64,000 nucleotides of DNA from Yuukianura sp. NJ FZ-2021. Taxonomy: Eukaryota. Positions within the stretch are counted from its first letter, which is position 1. Each line of letters opens with the position of its first letter. Below, one piece after another: positions 23,226 through 35,433 of the stretch. The notes beneath the pieces were generated by a model. It saw only the letters and a list, made by a program, of their open reading frames with translations, was not told the DNA's origin and ran no database searches. A program made the position numbers and the translations under genes. The DNA is taken from assembly GCA_046563655.1 (NCBI GenBank), contig CM102285.1, positions 6,138,001 through 6,202,000 on the forward strand, in the 5' to 3' direction.

Positions 23226-23900
23226 TTTTTTTTTTTTTAAAAAAATTTTTTCAATTTATTCTTGTCATTGTTCAGTAATAATTATCAGTGACAAGATACC
23301 CACGGTAGTGGTCTTACATCTTGTCAATTTAATTAATCAATCACTTGTCTTTCTTAACTTAATTTCAAAATGTGTTTTGTTAAAATGTTAAAATAATAAG
23401 TAAATTACTCGTTAACTTAGCTTAAGACTTATTTAATTAGATTTCACTTAAAATTAAAGTTAGAATTTAATGACGCCGCAAACAAACTTATCCTATAAAA
23501 TTAATTACTTATTTCTAGTCACTTATGCCTAATGAATGTCCTTGCTTCTTAATTAACATCGTTTTAACTGAGTCCTTAAACTTTTGATAATTCTTGATTT
23601 TTGTAATTTCTAAGGGTAAAGAGTTCCATAGCTGAATTGAACGTGCTTGGAATGTCGTTTGCCAAAATTTTCCTTTATTATTTTGGTCGTAAGTTAAACA
23701 GTTTTTTATTGACCTTGAAGTCGGGTAATAGATTCCAAGGCCACCTTCATCCACAGGTAGGGAAGTTTGAGTCCATGCAGTGTCTGTTAAATTACATCTT
23801 TAATATCTTTAAATTACATTAAATCTTGTAAATTACATTGCGTCCACTAAAATTTACGCATAGTCAGTTCTGGCAATGCTGAATACGGCTTCTTCGAAGT
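23226..23900 (-). mobile_element. 3' end of a CR1/L2-group-like LINE with poly(A) tail
   Basis: RSIQLWNSLPLEI...FK C-terminal motif (23515-23754); - strand AATAAA (~23256) then A-run (T-run 23226-23238). Confidence 0.6.
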
Positions 23901-25795
23901 AGACAATCCGTTTTTAACCATTCTTTTTGTTGCAAATGCTTCAAGATTAGTTGATAACAGTTACCGAAATCGCTCACGAGTCACGAATTCATCAGCAAAC
24001 GATTAAAATTTCCAAAATTTTGTAGGACATTAATGCTTTAGGTTTTGTATAGTATTCGTCAATGAAACTAGGAACACCATATTCTATTAGATTTGGGTGA
24101 AAAAGTTTCAGCCGCATGGACCTAGAAAATCGGAGAACAAAATTCCTTTTTTTTTAGAAAAAGATTAAAGATTAAAAAAATGTCAAATTATAAACCATGG
24201 TTATACTTTGATCGGGAATCGGGGGGAAACTCCTGCAGGTAACAAGCCAGCACAATCCATTAGCTGATGGTTAATTGAAATCTTCTTATTAGGAGAATCG
24301 GAAAATTCGAATCCTGCACACTAAAATTTCGTACTTCCTTCGAAAATATTTTATGCTTTTCTCAGAAAATGCAAGGTCCAGTTATACCTAATACGTGAGA
24401 GGTATGCCGAAAGTGATCCACGGTAATGTACATACACAAGTAAATTAGGTTAATATAGCATGAATTCCAAAAAATTTTGGACTCGTGTGTTTTTTTTTCA
24501 ACAAGTTTTCTTTACATACCGTAAAGTGTATGAAAAGCAGTGCATTTTAACGATTCAGAATGGGCGATGACCGACCTGAATAACTGAATTCAAATTCTAA
24601 CGTAAAAAAAAATACCAGCAATTGATACGATTTTGGCAAAATTCTACCTATGAAATCCGGATTCAACACCTTAAAATCCGGATTACGGATAATCCGAATC
24701 TGGCCAAACTCCGGATTTGCGACCCCAAGTTTGGCATCTCATTTTACTTGCTCAATTGGTTTTGATTAATTCGACCCAAATTTCAATTAATTAGTTTCAA
24801 AGTCTAAATTCCACTTGAGGTCGCACTCTTCTAAGAGAATTGTGCACCCAAAATAGTTTGGGTGCACAGGCTAAATTTTTTATTATACAATTGAACACTA
24901 ATTATTTTGGCGAGATTGTATTACTAGCAGGGTAATATTTCAACTTATTGCAAATTTACATAATGTCGCCAGTAGATGATCGTAACTAAGCCTTGAATCT
25001 GATGAAGCATCAAATGTTGAAACACGGAAACTGCGATGGGAAATTGCACTTCCAAGAATTCAATTAGCATTTCAGCTTCAAAAGTGGACGCAGAAATCGT
25101 AGATATTTTTAATAGTATTGTAAAGGATGTGGCGGATTCATATGAGCATATGTACTGGTTGACGTTTTCGACATCATTTCTTTTTCACCTTTATAATTTC
25201 AACACAAGCTCGCATTTTAAGTATATTTCGCAATTTTTGTGGAAATGTAGAGGATTTAAACTTAATTATAAGCAAGAAGAGGCCACATGGTGCTGCCCAT
25301 TCTAAAACATTTTACATTTCAAAATTCGTAACGCGGCTGATTATGAAAGAATTAGGTATCGAATACCAACGGCTGGTAAAATTTTCTAACACATATTTCC
25401 TTAAAAAGAAGCCGATCAAACCTTACTATAGTGTTTTTTTTATTCGGTATTTTAATTATTAGTTTCGACATTAGCTCATTTGATGCTGAGCTGCTGATTT
25501 AATCAGACTATTTAAAAAACAAAAATTTCCGCTTGCAGCAATTGCAAATTTGGAAAAACGATATACAAACCGCGGTTTGCCATTGGGCATTTCGAGTTAA
25601 TTGTAACATACTTTTCGTAAAGCTAAAATATTGGTGTAGGACGGTAGTTAAGTTGCAGTTTATTAGCTTACTCCGATTAGTTTGGTAAACCTAACCTAAC
25701 CGCAGGATTAATTAAGTTTAGGGTCAGTTCTATTAAACGAAAATCTGGCGTCTACGTCCAAGATCTTATTTAAACGAATACTGTTCACCCACTGC

Positions 25796-25802
25796 TATAA
25801 AC
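25796..25802 (+). promoter_or_regulatory. TATA box of the EF-hand gene
   Basis: CTATAAA ~40 bp upstream of a GTAAGT donor (5'UTR intron ~25839-25932). Confidence 0.45.
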
Positions 25803-25957
25803 TGGTTGCTATGCAAAACATTCTTTGGGAATCACTTTGTAAGTATGGACACTGTAAATTCTAATTTTAACATTTAATTAAATTACTGATGGTATTTTAC
25901 ATCGGACGTAATTTAACTAAATTTACTTGCAGCTCCTTTCGTTTGACAAGCTTAAAG

Positions 25958-26269
25958 ATGTCGCAAATCTTGCAGTTCGGATTATTCGTATTCTTGATTG
26001 GAGGTTTTGGAGGATTCAATGGCTTGCCATCATCGGAAGCCGAGGATCAAGTGACGATGGAAAAACTTACAGCTTATGTAATGAAATCGGATGAAAATGG
26101 GGATGGAAAATTGGATGCACCAGAATTCAAAGCATTTGCTCGATCCATTGATGACGACGAGGGCGGCACTACCTCTGCTGAAATCAACAGTGAGTTTAAG
26201 GGAGCAGACAAAGATGGTGACAATTTCCTTTCACCTGCCGAATTGCTTGTAGCACTCAAGAATGCTTGA
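25958..26269 (+). CDS. Small secreted two-EF-hand protein, 103 aa
   Basis: Signal-like MSQILQFGLFVFLIGG; canonical loops DENGDGKLDAPEF and DKDGDNFLSPAEL; AATAAA at ~26307. Confidence 0.85.
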   Translation: MSQILQFGLFVFLIGGFGGFNGLPSSEAEDQVTMEKLTAYVMKSDENGDGKLDAPEFKAFARSIDDDEGGTTSAEINSEFKGADKDGDNFLSPAELLVALKNA

Positions 26270-26359
26270 AGGAAGTTTTTTCAATTTTATCAAGGTTTTT
26301 TTGCGAAATAAAATTGAGAAGGAATATTTCAATATTTTTTGTTAATTAACATTGTGACT

Positions 26360-27307
26360 TACCAACAAACCGTTGTAAACGCCGTACGTAAGTCGCAGGC
26401 AACACTAGCCTCTTCTGAGACTCAATTCTCAAGGCGCCCCAACTCTTAGTGGCGTAATGCGTAAATAGTAAATTGTAAACAAGGAATTCCTGAACTTTGA
26501 CCTAATCTTCCGGTGCACTTCCTGACTGATTGGTAAGACCCTCAGAAAATTACGGCCACACTTTTCGCAGTACCACACGCTAAATAAACATCATACCGAT
26601 GGACTATATGACGAAAATAGGACCCTTCGTCCAGAAAACTTAGGTTTCTGGATTTCCGCGGAGATTTTAAAAACATCTTCCAGAAAACGTAAGTTTTCTG
26701 GCCGAAGGGTCCTGTTTTCGTCATATATAGTCCATCGGTGTGATATCTACTAACGTGTGCTAATGCGAAAAGTGTGGCTGTAGTTTTCTGACGCTCTTAT
26801 AAATCATAGAGGAAATGCACCAATAGTCTTAAGGGAAATTGGGTAAGACATGCCAAAAATATTTACTAAAAACCCGCGAAATATTTGAATATTAAATATT
26901 TTTCATCAAAAACCTCAAAATATTTACTTAATTAACATTAAGGGCATGGGAAAATCAATAAATATTTAGTAATGAAAAAGCCCAAAATATTCATTTTGTT
27001 AAAATTACGGGCATGGGAACTAAATATTTTTGGCATATGCGAATCTGTTTATCAAAATCCTAATAATTGCTGGCTTTGGCTTCTCGTTTTGCTTCCTCAA
27101 TTGGTTTATATTGATTTGATGTTGAAGCAACATGACAATTGAACCCGATTTTTCAATCTGTCTTCCTTCACAGATGAACTTTATATGTTCTGGAGGTGAC
27201 TAATTCAGTTCCAATTTAACCGGAAGCGGGCAATTTCCCAGTTGTACACCCCATTTTTATTTCACCACTTACATGTTACATTCGGCGTTTACAACGGTTT
27301 ATTGCTA
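26360..27307. mobile_element. MITE-like element with ~25-bp TIRs
   Basis: TACCAACAAACCGTTGTAAACGCCG (26360-26384) versus reverse complement of 27283-27307, 2 mismatches. Confidence 0.65.
26512..26820. repeat. ~310-bp imperfect palindrome (fold-back element) nested in the MITE
   Basis: Arms of ~130 bp, e.g. CCGATGGACTATATGACGAAAATAGGACCCTTCG versus CGAAGGGTCCTGTTTTCGTCATATATAGTCCATCGG. Confidence 0.85.
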
Positions 27308-27419
27308 CAATAAAAACAGTAGCACACATTAATGCCTTGTATAAATTTTCTTACCAATGTTCTGCTGTTAATTTCAATTTATTACAATCCAAGTGTCAAA
27401 TTAAGTTTTAAAATGCCTG

Positions 27420-27700
27420 CTATGCGCGGCGACAGTTTTTTGCAAAATAGGTTCCATTGTACGTCTTAGGAACTTTAATTCCCCAGAAGTCTATTGTCTC
27501 GCCGTTCGGATCAGCACAAGCGAAGTCCTCTCCAGAAATCCCTGAGAACTGTCCTTTGAGCTTCTTCCGATCTGTGTAGAGCCACCCGTTCGCACAGTCA
27601 CATTTCATGTGACACGTCGTTTCAATTTTGTTTCTACGATTCGATTCTAGAAATGGGCGGAAAACGGCTTCATTCAACTTGAAGGGTTTTAGGGATAAGG
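27420..27700 (-). pseudogene. C-terminal remnant of an LRR protein (LRR-CT cap)
   Basis: LNEAVFRPFLES...MKCDCANGWL...C...C motif; no N-terminal part upstream. Confidence 0.5.
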
Positions 27701-27702
27701 GC

Positions 27703-27820
27703 ACTCGTCACCAGTTCAGTTACAGTATCCAGTTGGTAGTCTGGATGAAAAATTGAAGATCGATTTTCCCCAATTAATGCATAATATAGTGGGCCGATGA
27801 TAACCTTCTGCAAACTGAGC
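27703..27820 (-). pseudogene. Fragment of a paralog of the F-box/LRR gene
   Basis: About 120 bp closely matching 10643-10761 (LSLQKVIIGPLYYALIGENRSSIFHPDYQLDTVTELVT). Confidence 0.85.
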
Positions 27821-28074
27821 CGCAGAGGGAAAAAGTGCAAATCTCTCTGTCAACCAAACTCCAAATCATACGGGTGTAGAGTGGGGTGCGCGTTCAACTT
27901 TGCATTTTACCGTTTCAAATTATTGTCGTTTTCCATTTAAAAGTTTGTCATGTAACAGTCTACTCCAGTCTCCTCCACAGCCGTCCTGCTCGCCGTTGCT
28001 GGCTAACGAGGTCGCAAAGGTGCAGCTTTGGATCGTTGGGTTTTTCCTTTGCCTCGCGGCCTAAGATATTCAAA

Positions 28075-28230
28075 AAACAAAAAACTAATCGCAGAAAAAA
28101 AAATCAATTGCAGAAAAACAAAAAATCAATTGCAGAAAAACAAAGCTTAATTACAGAAAAACAATTTTCAATTGCAGGAAAAATCAGTTACTGCAATTGA
28201 ATTTTTCCTGCAATTAACTTTTTCTGCAAT
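28075..28230. repeat. CAATTGCAGAAAAA repeats in direct then inverted orientation
   Basis: About 5 direct copies followed by reverse-complement copies (ttttctgcaat). Confidence 0.55.
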
Positions 28231-28661
28231 AAACGTTTCGCCAATTAAAAACAGTTTCGCGCATTGTTTTAATTGGCGAAAAATGCTGTTTTTAATGCGA
28301 GAAACGTTTTTTAACGCGGGAAAATTTAAAATAATTTAACCACCATAATCCCTCCATATAAAACGGACCAAAAAAACTTCTACTTTTCGCTTGGTGTGTC
28401 ATATATTCGTAACAACTCTGGCGACTGTATTATTTTCTTCCTCTAACTATGGTCTACAGTGTTTTTGCGTGTATTCAAACAATCTAATACATCCTTGAAA
28501 TCATTCTTGAATCGGCTGGGTACACACAGTTGGCTTATGTACAATATAATTTAGCATTCACATGCCATTTTAATTTCCCGTAGGTTGTTTATCTATGCAA
28601 CTGGTAAAATTACCCATAATATAACATCATGAAACACTTTCCAGAAAGTTTACAATTAAAC

Positions 28662-30759
28662 ATGCAACAAATTTCACAGTTGACCGCACTCCCAGTCCGT
28701 CGTTCCAGCAGTTCATTCGCAAAAATGTCCAACGCAATAATGCTTATTGCGCATTATGCAGCTTCAATTTTTATTTTGCAATGTTACAGCTCAATAACAA
28801 ATATTTCTACTGCCATTGTAAAAGATTTTGACGACTGTGACACTTTCATTTTCTTCTTAGAAAATTGTACAAACGAGGTGGTCCACTTTTCTGAACTAAC
28901 ATATACTCCCGTTACGTTAATTCCAGTAAGTATCTATAAAAGTCAGGAAACAACAAGTGTAATTCAAGCCTTAAACGCCACACGCTATTCACGCAGGCTC
29001 CTCTGTCATTTGATTTTGGTTCAATCTTATCCGACGTACAATTTGACTCGAGATTTGCATTCCGACTTACACTGGATGGTTGACTGCGAGTCTACAAGCG
29101 ACAGAATTGGAATTCCCTACTGTCGAGGTTCGGCTTCTCACATGATTTGGATTTATCAAGAAAAGCTTTCAACGGGAGTTATTAACCCACTTTCGTATAC
29201 TTTTGTCACAAACTACCAAGTTCAAGTGCTAAATTCTTCAGTATACAGAATGACGTTGAGTATATATTACCCCTGCAACACGGTTGTACTCACTGAATTC
29301 TCCAGTAACCTAATCGTCAGTCATTCAATACGCAAATTTTTTGATCAGTTACACTTTTTTACAATGTACAAGGAATGCTACAACATGTTCACCTTTGACG
29401 CTATGGTTTACTACTCCAAAGAGGAAGACAGTAGGCTTTCCGAGAGTGATGCACTAATGTTGTATCATGTATTTCAACCCACACCAAACTCTTCTGAAAC
29501 ACTACCAAATCACGATAGTTGGTCAAACTTCGTCATTTCAATTTCGCGCCCTAGACGCAAATTTAGTCCATCTGACAGATTTGCAATACAAATTTTGAAA
29601 GACTACAATATTATAATTCCTCTCCCAAGAAATTCAAAGCAATACATGAAGGGACGGAATTATTATTACGTTACAAAGGAAACGCAATTCAACTTTATAG
29701 CATGCGATGGAGCACGACCGTACTTTGCAGTACACTTTTTTGCACATCCACTCTATACCGAAGTTTGGATATGCTGTCTCATATCGCTAATCGTCGTGTA
29801 CGTCTTAGTGGAGTTATGGTTTTGGTTTTATGGAATACGGGGAATGAGCACTTCATTATTTTTGGCTATAATCATATTTGAGCAGGAACTGAAATTGCCT
29901 ACGTCTACATCTCGAAAATGGGTTTTTGATGTTTTTGCGTTCATTTTAGTGTTGTTTTCAATTGACAAATGACTACCGTGGAATGGTCACCACTGAACTC
30001 ACAGCCCCTCTACCTTCTCAAACGGTTAACACTGTAGACGACGCTATGAAACTTGGATTTAAAATTCTTATTGACATTAAACTCCCCCACAAATTCGAAT
30101 GGCAAATAGCAGACTTTAAAAACACGCCTTTGACACATGTTTTTTGGATGATAAATGTGGTAAAAGGTAATGAATTTCTTTATCAAATTGAGAACTTGGA
30201 GTATTTCACAACGCCAGAAGGAAATTTGAGTAAACAAAAGTACGATCGCTGGAAGGAGAATATCCATTTTGAATTTACGAACACCTACAACGACACAATT
30301 TTAGCAGATTTTGCACGTTGTGAAAAAAGAATCTTCGTAGGCGACATGTCAGAGTTGTACAAGTTTTACCTCAACGCCTATCGTCTCAACCCGACTATTG
30401 AAATCTACTATGGAAAGGAATCACTGCTAAAGGGAAGTTTAGGTTGGACCATTTATACTATGGATGAAGACAGACAAGAGAGATTCCACATTCGGTTTTT
30501 GGCGCTGCAACATTCAGGAATTATGCAACACAAATACTATGGACACAAGTCCAAGGTCATTCTGGAGGATTTTATGCATCGAACGTTCAAGTACGCTCCA
30601 CTTAACCTGCAAAACAGCATCACAACACTCTTTTTCGTATTCGCCGCTTGTGTACTACTTTCAGCGTGTAGATTCATGTATGAGTTACTGTTCACGTGGT
30701 ACTGTAAACTAAAAATACTTTGGTGCACTCTGGTTAAACCATTTCAATATTTAGAATAG
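28662..30759 (+). pseudogene. Divergent IR-like gene, copy B, frameshifted
   Basis: Paralog of 19539-21641; ATTTG missing between 29950 and 29951 splits it into 28629-29972 and 29962-30759. Confidence 0.8.
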
Positions 30760-32582
30760 AAAAAAAATTTAAAAAAAAACAACAACAAATTTTATATGTA
30801 GCAATCGAAGCACAAAAAGGTTAGGTGATGAAGATACTTTCTTCAATGCTTCCTTTCGTTTTATGAGTTTCAGCAAAATAAAAATATGCATAAGTAATGA
30901 ACGTTATTTTTGATGTTTCTAAAGAAAATTTCCTACAATTTTCTTCAAATACTCAACTTTGGTGCCTTTTAAGTTATCACAGTTCGGATTTCAGTTGAGT
31001 ATGGCGTTTTTTTCATGAAACCGGTTTGGAATTGAAAGCGAGCTCCAGCAAAAGCCGGAATTAAAACTGGAACGCCAGTCCAAATTATTCTTATTCCACG
31101 GAAACTTTGCTAATCTGCGTGATTTGATTGAACATTGTTCAATTACTACACAATGTACATGACCTAACGCTATCTTATTTCAAAGCGTTTCAAAACTTTT
31201 TCTTAGTATTTATTAGAATTTTACATTAATTAATTTCAAAACCTTTTTGAACTATGTTTGGAAATTTATCACTTTCCATGTTTCTGAAAATAAGGCTGGT
31301 TTTTACACCCAGAAATTCAAATTTCACGAATCTCCGAACATGTTTATGAGCAACAGGTATCTTATGTGTGTGTTTGCTCAAATTGGCCTGCCTAGTTCCA
31401 AACTTAACCGAATTGACTCAAGAATACCATTACCATTAACGCTCATTGGGAAATAAAACCAATCGACGTATGTGCAGAACGAGAACCTCCAAATTTACTG
31501 AACAACATAAAGTATTCCCAATGCTAAAGTATCACTCATCGTTTTAGGAAGCCAAAACAAAACAAAAAAAAAAGAATCCGTCTCCATGCATTTTCCCAAA
31601 TTACTAACCTCTAAAGACACCTTCAAGTGTTTTACTGATGACTAAAGTGTAATTAGATAACCGTCTCCGCCGTACACCACAAACCGCAACTACAGTAAAC
31701 TCCTGTATCATGGTCGCAATGACTAATTAAATTTACGTCAACTTCCTTTGGGTTTAACTGTTTCAGCGTTATGACGCAGCACAGGACAAAGTCATTTGGA
31801 TGTGCTTCGATATGACCCTATACGTGTTTGAGTCAGTTGTGACGAGCTTGAGGTCACGGGAACCAAGATTTGAGCCGGAAAACGGTTAATATAAATAGTA
31901 CTACCTCAAATTTTTGAATTGAACCTTAAACTTTTGCCAATTGTAGTTGCGGAGCTAGTTTTGATTGTGATTGTGAGTGCAAAAATGATTAGTACAGAAA
32001 GAAATTTTTGTACAGAAGACTCGACTATTTTTGAACAATTTCCAAAAAAGCGAAACTCAGTTCCGCATGTGCTCGTAGTGACAGTTCAAAATAATTCTAT
32101 TTACTTCACCCCTGACCTCCTTGACATCAACTGGAACACAATAAGTGGCATAGAATCAGACAATGTCAGGGTTTCACTCAACAGTTTACCGACGCCAACG
32201 CAGTATGAACAGAATGTACGCCTTGGTAAGAAAATCATTAGACACGGCCTCAATAATTTATTGCTTTCCGCCTACCACTCGTTTTTGCACAAAATTCGCA
32301 GGGTTTTGGCGTGTCTGATCGCCCACAGGGAAATAGAAAGTCTTCAAAAAATGAAAGTGAGAAACCAAGCGCAATCAAATCTAAAAATAACTTTGCAAAC
32401 TTCACATAAACATGCAACAAATTCATTTTTCAATTCCTTCACGAAATATATACGTGTACCATCGTCCTTGCTCCCAATTTCGTTACAGCTTGATTTTTAC
32501 AGTAAAAAAATCAAGTGACCTATATTTGACCCTAAAGTGACTCAAAAGTTAGCTCGAAAAATACATAAAGTTTAGGCTCGAA

Positions 32583-33345
32583 ATGGAAACATATATTGTG
32601 AGTGAGGGAGTGGACACTGTAACGGAAGTTTCCGCTCCAACTAAAGACCGTAAGATTGAGTTCTCTTCAAGCAAAAAAAATTATAATAGTTTCTATTATT
32701 TCGTTTTCAATTTTTTTTATTTTCAATTTTTTGTAATAACGCATTGGTTAACTTTGGCGTGGGCGAAAATTTGATCCACTTGGCGAAAGTTATAGATTTT
32801 TTTTTGTTTTTGAAGAAAGATGGATCAATTTTGATAAAAGTTTGATCAATTTCCCCTTGCGTTCCACGTTTTCTTTTTGCAGCACGACAAAAAGCTTATG
32901 TATTTTGTGTAAAACTTTATATTGATTCAAGTTCAAATTATGTCTATTTTTACAACTAACAGTATATATTTTTGCAGCACTGAAAATTTCAAACCTGTAT
33001 TCAAAAAACAAGAAAGGAACAGTGGAGTCCAGAATTCCACTGACCGGAACGTCTATATTTACCAAGCGCCTTCCATTTTGTAAGCGTTTGCGCCGACGCC
33101 TGCGAACATCTAGCTTTTGCTTTTGTTCTAAAACGGATTTCTCAATGATGGAGGATAGACTGACGCGAAAAGAAAGTATTGAAGCCTTTCATAATGAACT
33201 CGATGCAATGGACCCTCATGGCGGGAAACCCGGTTTTAAAAGAAGAACAAACAACGTCACAACTGCTACCAAGTCAATCAAGTTAGTGCAGCAGTTGTAC
33301 GGTGACGATAAACCGAAACAGAAATCCAGTATAACCTCATACTAA
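32583..33345 (+). CDS. Possible small spliced gene of unknown function
   Basis: ATG exon ending at GTAAG (~32649); coding-looking 3' segment MMEDRLTRKESIEAFHNELDAMDPHGG...; structure not resolved. Confidence 0.25.
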
Positions 33346-35433
33346 AAACTGCCACAAAAATAGACTTATAAATTACACTCGATTCAGAACAAACTCGAAT
33401 TAGAATTATATTTTGCAATAAAAAAAAACAAAAATTTAATAAAATGTAGTAAAATGCCAATGTAAAACTGACAAATGATTTACGGGGAGGAATTTGTAGA
33501 CATTCTTAGATTTTGGATTTATTTTTAGACATAGTTAACACTTCATCTATCTAATTTTTTATTTGTACAATTTGTAATATGTAACTGTGTCCTATTGCGT
33601 CGGAAGCATGCAACTGGCTATTTGAAACTCGAATTCGTTCACCTGTAAAAGCCATATTGTATCTCTGAGCAATCGTTCAATTACATAGCCGGTCTTATGC
33701 AGTCGCGTCCCATTGTCAAATTTTATGAACAAAGCAGGCAAACCGGGAGCCGTCTACCATAAAAAAAAATGTTAGTGTAATAAGTGATTTGTTTCGTAAT
33801 AAGCCCAAGGGAGATCTAAAGTCTGCGCGACACTATGCTTTCTCACCACATTTTCCTACAACATTCTTGCATAGAAGTTCCAATTTTCATTGTCGTTATA
33901 TCTACTGAAATGTAATTGTAAAAGTCAATAGTAAACTGAACTTATACGATTATATCAAATTGTAAAGTTCCAAAATTGAACATAATGCACAAAAACAGAA
34001 TGCTTACAATACTTGCGGATCAAATACTTATGGTGGCAAACACAACTAACAAACAAACTTTTCGAATAGTGTATAAAAATAGTCTAAGACTTTAGTTTAA
34101 ATTCTGCACTTGATTGACGAGCAGTTTCTAAAAGCAAATTACGGAATCAGCGTTTATGGAAGTGTTATTATTACTACAAGGTTTTGACGAGCTTCTTGAA
34201 CACGTCATTGGCGATATTTGAAGAATTGACGTTTGAAATTGTGCAGGACGAACACTTAAATCCCCGGTTTGCTCCATACTCGCTTTAAATTCTGATTGAA
34301 TACAGGAATTCACCAGTTTTAGTAACTCGCTCTAATTGGCTCACTTTTCTATTCTCCTCCCACCGTTAGCGTAAAACTTTAATTGGGGCACGAGAAAGTT
34401 ATTTTAACATTGGTTTTTATTTTACGGTAATTTTAATCTGCCTTCGGGAATTTGGTGAAATAGCAAACAAATGTTTCATATTCAATTTTATCTCAGAGCA
34501 ACTGAAACATTTTAGGGGCAAAATTTTTCAGGTTTTTGCACAAGACGTATTTCTTCTATCAATCCATTCTAACAAAGATATGATTAAAGTTGTTTTCTTA
34601 TGATTAATTTTTCGTTAATTTTTTGAAATTTTTCCGACAGATTTGGCTGAATGTCGTTAGATTTTAGAAAAGCAGAGCAGTCGAGTTAAAATTTATAAAG
34701 CTTTTCTTTGAACCGGAGCTTAGAGACGTATCGCTTATGGATAAAATATGGCCCATGTGTAGTGTTTAATATAATTCACGTCTAGCAGATAGCACACGGC
34801 AAATTTACATGACGATCGCTTCTTTTTATGACATTAATAGTTCAGTTTAATTATTTAATACATAAAAAATTTAATACCCATTCACGGTGAGACGCCAGCG
34901 ACAACGAACCGCAATCTCCGCATTGCTGGAAAGTGACCTTACCTTTTAACGGTTAAAACTGACTTCTGTTTCAGATTTAATACGTACGGAGTGGCGAATT
35001 TGATACTTAAATTATGACTTTACAGATTTGACAAAGTAACCTCGAACCATGAAGCAGAATTGGGTTATGCACAATTCACACTGATTTTACGATAATGTGC
35101 TGTTGTCTTTTTACTTTCCATACCACATTAGTCGACGAGGTGATCTCATTTTTAATATGTTGACGAGGAGAATATTTTAACGTGAACCGTAAATTTTTCC
35201 CCGAATGCCCAACTTCCCGATAGCTTCGCTTAGCAGGGAGGTGACATCGAAATAAATAGAACTCATTTAGGTTTCAACTACGCCTGTTGCACTTCATCAG
35301 TCATAAGACTAGCGTCAATGCCATACAAGTTCAAGATGAGTTTGTGAGGCTTTCTTTATGCCTAAAAAAACTAGACAATCTTTGTGTATTTCCTTTCCAA
35401 AAAACGTTTCCATAGAAAAATTAAGAAGCTAAA

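Noticed and set aside
29950..29972. Programmed frameshift joining the two ORFs of IR copy B
   Set aside because: Comparison with copy A shows a plain 5-nt deletion
31919..32518. 199-aa ORF as a complete gene
   Set aside because: TTG start and no recognisable domain; at most a coding exon near 32090-32225 reading into intron
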